Source: an uncultured Armatimonadia bacterium (GTDB lineage Bacteria; Armatimonadota; Zipacnadia; CAVVLO01). From it: a stretch of DNA of 64,000 nucleotides. This document shows positions 60,115 to 64,000 of this stretch, piece after piece; position 1 is the first letter of the stretch, and each line of letters starts with the position of its first letter. Under the pieces are notes generated by a model. That model was not told the DNA's origin and made no database searches. It saw only the letters and a list, made by a program, of their open reading frames with translations. The stretch is from assembly GCA_963749155.1 (NCBI GenBank), contig CAVVLO010000003.1, positions 448,001 to 512,000 on the forward strand. The letters run 5' to 3'. A program made the translations under genes and the position numbers.

Positions 60115-60870
60115 ATGACTGTGAAATACGGTGTAGCCGATTACGGTATGAGCGTCTGGTATGGCGCTCTTTATGACCTGGAACAACGCCTCACCAACCT
60201 GAAACAGATTGGCCTTCAAGGTATCGAGCGGCTGGAAGCTTCCACGGAAGCGCAGCTCCTCGAGAAGGCCGCGATATTCCGCAAGCTGGGAATGGGCTTT
60301 GGCACGGTGCGAGGACCGAATCCCGAGTGCAATTCGCAATGGGCCGCGGCGCTCGGGGTCGAATACCTCTGGGTCCAGGTGCCAGCCAAAGATTTCGACA
60401 CCTTCTGTCGCCAGGCTTGCTATCAAGGCAAAGCGGCAGCCAGATGGGGCCTCAAGGTCGCGCTGCACAACCATCTTAACTCCCCCGTCGAGACTCACGA
60501 GCAGGTGGTAGAGTTCCTGGCGCGTTGTCCTCATATCGGGCTGATACTCGATACTGCGCACCTGGCGGCGGCGGGTGGCAATCCGCTTGCTATCGTGAAG
60601 GAATATCCCGATCGCCTGACCGCAATCCACCTGAAAGACTGGCTGGCTGACGACCCCTCCGCCCCTCCCTTGCCCGCAAAAGGTAGATTCTGCGAACTCG
60701 GAGCCGGCAATATTGGGATGGACAACCTGGCCGTGATGAGAGCTCTGGTAGAGGTCGGCTATGACGGATGGATCTTCATCGAACAGGACTCTCATCTTCA
60801 GGAGCCACTGGAAGATCTGGCCACCAGTTTGAATTATCTTCTACAAGGTGGTTTCAGCCCCGGCCTGTGA
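60115..60870 (+). CDS. Sugar phosphate isomerase/epimerase TIM barrel (IolE/xylose-isomerase-like)
   Basis: LHNH, LDTAH, IHLKD, FCELGAG, GYDGWIFIEQD. Confidence 0.88.
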   Translation: MTVKYGVADYGMSVWYGALYDLEQRLTNLKQIGLQGIERLEASTEAQLLEKAAIFRKLGMGFGTVRGPNPECNSQWAAALGVEYLWVQVPAKDFDTFCRQACYQGKAAARWGLKVALHNHLNSPVETHEQVVEFLARCPHIGLILDTAHLAAAGGNPLAIVKEYPDRLTAIHLKDWLADDPSAPPLPAKGRFCELGAGNIGMDNLAVMRALVEVGYDGWIFIEQDSHLQEPLEDLATSLNYLLQGGFSPGL

Positions 60871-62102
60871 TGGAGACTTCTCATGACATCCAGCTTGTAA
60901 GAGCGCTTGCAGAGCGCTATCTGGAGGCCTGCGCCGATCCCGACCAGCAGCGCCGGCGCGAGGTCTGGACGGCCGTCAACAGCCTGGTCCCAGTGCCTCC
61001 TCCGCTTTATATGCGCCTTGGCGTGTGCATCAACGAGGTCATCGACCCGGCAGCCCTCGAGTGTGAATCGCCCTTTTGGCGTCACTTCGAACACTGGTTC
61101 AAAGTGCAGCTCTTTGTCGCCTCGCTCTGGGATGATTCCGTTTTGGAGCCCTGGCTGCCCTTAAGGGCGGTACTTGAGCATTCCGGCTGGGGCGTCCAGG
61201 TAAAGCATATCCCTGCCCCGACACCTGGTGGAAGCTGGATGTATGATCCGCCCCTGAAAACCGAAGCCGACCTCGACAACCTCATCGTGCCGCGCCATTC
61301 AGTCAACGAGGACGCTACCCAGGCCGCTTATGAGCAGCTTGCCGAAGGGGTAGGCGACCTTATTACCATCGAGATAGACCGCAGCCCCGCCTACCAGGTC
61401 TGGACCGCCGACCTCTCCACTGACCTGGCCCATCTGCGCGGGCTGGAACAGATAATGATTGATATGGTTGACAGGCCCGAGTGGCTGCATCGCCTGCTGG
61501 CCTTTATGCGCGATGGGGTGCTGAAAGCTCACCAGGAAGCCGAAGACGCCGGTCACTGGCGCCTTTCCAACCATCAGAACCAGGCAATGCCCTATTGCAA
61601 GGAGCTGGAACCGCCTCAGGCAGGCTCGCCCCCAGTGAATCGGTCGCGTCTTTGGTGCTTCCTGGCCGCTCAGGAACTCACTCTCGTCTCGCCCGCGATG
61701 CATGAGGAGTTTATGTTCAACTATCAAAGGCCCATCCTGGAGAAGTTCGGGCTTGTCTCTTATGGTTGCTGCGAAGACCTGACGCGCAAGATTGCGATGG
61801 TAAAACAGCTTCCCAACCTGCGGCGCATCGCAGTCCCGCCGAGGGCCGATCTGGCGGCCTGCGCAGAGCAGACAGCAGGCGAGTATACGCTGTCCTGGCG
61901 ACCCAATCCCGCCGATACTGTATGCGTTGGCTTCAAGGAAGAGGCCATCCTGAAGCTGCTGCGCAAGGGACTGGAAGAGGGCCAGGGCCATCCAATGGAT
62001 ATCACCTTGAAAGACGTGCAAACAGTGCAAAATCAGCCCTGGCGCCTGCGCCGCTTTGTTGAGTTGGTGCGTCAGGCTGTTGACAGATATTGGAGAGGAT
62101 AA
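60870..62102 (+). CDS. Divergent URO-D-like TIM-barrel protein
   Basis: LRGLEQIMIDMVDRPEWLHRLLAF, VSPAMHEEFMFNYQ, YGCCEDL. The ATG overlaps the upstream TGA. Confidence 0.7.
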   Translation: METSHDIQLVRALAERYLEACADPDQQRRREVWTAVNSLVPVPPPLYMRLGVCINEVIDPAALECESPFWRHFEHWFKVQLFVASLWDDSVLEPWLPLRAVLEHSGWGVQVKHIPAPTPGGSWMYDPPLKTEADLDNLIVPRHSVNEDATQAAYEQLAEGVGDLITIEIDRSPAYQVWTADLSTDLAHLRGLEQIMIDMVDRPEWLHRLLAFMRDGVLKAHQEAEDAGHWRLSNHQNQAMPYCKELEPPQAGSPPVNRSRLWCFLAAQELTLVSPAMHEEFMFNYQRPILEKFGLVSYGCCEDLTRKIAMVKQLPNLRRIAVPPRADLAACAEQTAGEYTLSWRPNPADTVCVGFKEEAILKLLRKGLEEGQGHPMDITLKDVQTVQNQPWRLRRFVELVRQAVDRYWRG

Positions 62103-62104
62103 AG

Positions 62105-63133
62105 ATGACCTCACGCGAGATCGTGAGAGCCAACCTTGGGCATAATACACCGCCGCGTATCGGCTTCAACTGGCCTGGCAACCGCCTCACCGGCGCCCCT
62201 CGCCTGAACGATATGGCCAGCTTTGGCCTGGGAGGCTCAAAGACCTATGCCCCACGTCGCTGGACAGAGGGCAACCGGGAGTTCTACGACGACCCGTGGG
62301 GCAATCTGTGGGTCCGGATGGTTGGCCGCTCAGCCAAGGGCGAGATCATCGAACCTGCCCTCAAAGACTGGAGCCAGCTCGATTCCTACCAGTTGCCCGA
62401 CTTCGATGATCCGGACCGGTTTGAGCACCTGGCGGGGATCCGGGAGCGAGCTGGCGACAAGTGGCTGATGGCCGGTATGCCTGGTTGGATATTCGATTCC
62501 AGCCGGTATCTGCGCAAGATGGAAGTCTACTTCACCGACCTGCTGCTGTACCGGGAAGAGATCGACGCCCTGCACGAACGCGTCACCGACCTGCTGGTGC
62601 GCGTCATCCACAAATACGCCGAGTTCGAGCCTGACTGTATCTTCTTCGGAGAAGACCTCGGCACCCAGGATCGCCTGCTGATGAGCCCTGCCCTCTGGCG
62701 CGATGTCTTCCGGCCCCACTACCTGCGGCTTGTCGGCGCCGCGCATGAGCATGGCATCGCAGTTTTTATGCACTCTTGCGGCTGCAACTGGGAACTGGTG
62801 CCCGACCTTATAGAGGTCGGTATAGACGCCTTCCAGTTCGACCAGCCTGCCGTGTATGATATGCCCAGGCTGGCCGCGCTGCTCAAGGAGAACGGTCGAG
62901 CCCTCTGGTCGCCTGTGGACATCCAGAAGATACTCCCCACCGGCAACAGGCAGCTTATTGAGGCCGAAGCCCAGAAGATGGTAGACCTCTTCGGGGGCAA
63001 CTATATCTGTATGACCTATGGCGATCTGAACGGCATCGGCGTCGAACCCGAATGGGAAGAATGGGCCTATCAGGCCTTCCTGCGCGCTTCGGGTCTTGAT
63101 CCAGACCAGGTTGCAAAGGAGCTTGCAGGATGA
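62105..63133 (+). CDS. URO-D / MtaA-like family protein
   Basis: MTSREIV...; DPWGNLW, FGEDLGTQDRLLMSP, FMHSCG, PVDIQ. Confidence 0.88.
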   Translation: MTSREIVRANLGHNTPPRIGFNWPGNRLTGAPRLNDMASFGLGGSKTYAPRRWTEGNREFYDDPWGNLWVRMVGRSAKGEIIEPALKDWSQLDSYQLPDFDDPDRFEHLAGIRERAGDKWLMAGMPGWIFDSSRYLRKMEVYFTDLLLYREEIDALHERVTDLLVRVIHKYAEFEPDCIFFGEDLGTQDRLLMSPALWRDVFRPHYLRLVGAAHEHGIAVFMHSCGCNWELVPDLIEVGIDAFQFDQPAVYDMPRLAALLKENGRALWSPVDIQKILPTGNRQLIEAEAQKMVDLFGGNYICMTYGDLNGIGVEPEWEEWAYQAFLRASGLDPDQVAKELAG

Positions 63134-64000
63134 GTCAGCCAGGCCTGCTGGAAACCGAGTTCATATATGAAGAGGCGCCTTACCCCTCTTGCCACGCCTC
63201 GACAATTGTCCAGGTGGGCTCCCGACTGCTGGCCTCCTGGTTTGGGGGCACGCACGAGAAGAATCCTGACGTGGGCATCTGGGTCGCCACCTGGAAAGCC
63301 GGAAAATGGGCCACTCCCGAGTGCGTGGCTACCGGCGAAGATCCAGAAACCGGCAAGCCTCTGCCTTGCTGGAATCCAGTGCTTTTCCAGCCCGAGGACG
63401 GCCCGCTTATGCTCTTCTACAAAGTCGGCCCCAACTGCGCCGACTGGTGGGGGATGATGACCACCTCGGACAATGCCGGCAAGACCTGGAAGCCCCCCTC
63501 GCAGCTTCCCAAAGGCGTCTGGGGGCCAATCAAGAACAAACCTGTCGAGCTGGACTCCGGTATGATGGTCTGCCCGTCAAGCACCGAATACTCCGGCTGG
63601 CGCGTCCATTTCGAGCTTTCTCTCGATTTTGGCTCTACCTGGATGGCCGGCAGTCCGATCAACGATGGCGCCGATTTCGCGGCAATCCAGCCCACTATTC
63701 TGAAGTTGCCCCAAAACCGCCTGCTTGCTTTGTGCCGCACCAAGCAAGGGCGCCTTGCCCAGACCCTCTCTGCTGATGAGGGCCTTGGCTGGTCCGAGCT
63801 CAAGAAAAGCTCTCTGCCCAATCCCGACTCCGGCGTCGATGCGGTTACTCTGGCCGATGGGCGGCACCTGTTAGTCTATAATCCAACCGACAGGAAGCCT
63901 GATTCGCTGGGACGCGGTCTGCTTGGGGTTGCCCTCAGTGAGGACGGCTCCAAATGGCGCGCCGCTCTGACACTTGAAAAAGAACCAGGCGAGGAGTTCT
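63130..64000 (+). CDS. Sialidase/BNR (Asp-box) family protein, 3'-truncated by the window edge
   Basis: Not in the ORF track because it has no stop. MSQPGLLETEFIYEEAPYPSCHASTI...WFGGTHEKNPDVGIW...PCWNPVLF...TSDNAGKTW..GPIKNKP...SLDFGSTW..IQPT...LPNPDSGVD. Confidence 0.88.
   Translation, partial: MSQPGLLETEFIYEEAPYPSCHASTIVQVGSRLLASWFGGTHEKNPDVGIWVATWKAGKWATPECVATGEDPETGKPLPCWNPVLFQPEDGPLMLFYKVGPNCADWWGMMTTSDNAGKTWKPPSQLPKGVWGPIKNKPVELDSGMMVCPSSTEYSGWRVHFELSLDFGSTWMAGSPINDGADFAAIQPTILKLPQNRLLALCRTKQGRLAQTLSADEGLGWSELKKSSLPNPDSGVDAVTLADGRHLLVYNPTDRKPDSLGRGLLGVALSEDGSKWRAALTLEKEPGEEF

Noticed and set aside
1..64000. tRNA, rRNA, riboswitch, prophage or IS elements
   Set aside because: None were recognisable by eye in the short intergenic regions. 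tRNAscan-SE, Infernal/Rfam and ISEScan would be needed to exclude them formally.

Overview
High-GC bacterial chromosomal segment. Gene content suggests a polysaccharide-degrading, probably uncultured lineage (inference). The consensus is indel-rich: about 20 genes are split by frameshifts, clustered in low-quality patches, so most breaks are probably sequencing errors. The backbone is carbohydrate and sulfur catabolism: two tandem clan GH-D-like/NPCBM proteins, GH4, GH78, GH29, a sulfatase, two beta-helix proteins, a clan GH-A-like protein, a malectin-containing protein, a sialidase-like protein, five URO-D/MtaA-like TIM barrels, a persulfide dioxygenase-rhodanese plus YeeE/YedE pair, and a PEPCK-like kinase. 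The accessory core (about 13.8-35.6 kb) holds the most unusual content. The standout is a tightly packed array of seven membrane- or lipid-anchored, divergent serpin-like genes (27090-35551, minus strand). They have hypervariable reactive-centre loops, homogenised 3' tails, and a C-terminal MRKR-stop sequence that doubles as the ribosome-binding site of the next gene. Also present: a secreted clan-CD-like peptidase candidate with a G13 tract in its signal peptide (currently out of frame) coupled to a PepSY-like protein, a pair of unrecognised paralogous secreted proteins around a three-repeat lipoprotein, an AbiEi/AbiEii module with a visible promoter and operator, a garbled TIR-TPR gene, a 2-kb modular pentapeptide-repeat gene, and REP-like palindrome clusters. 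I found no rRNA, tRNA, CRISPR array, integrase or transposase.
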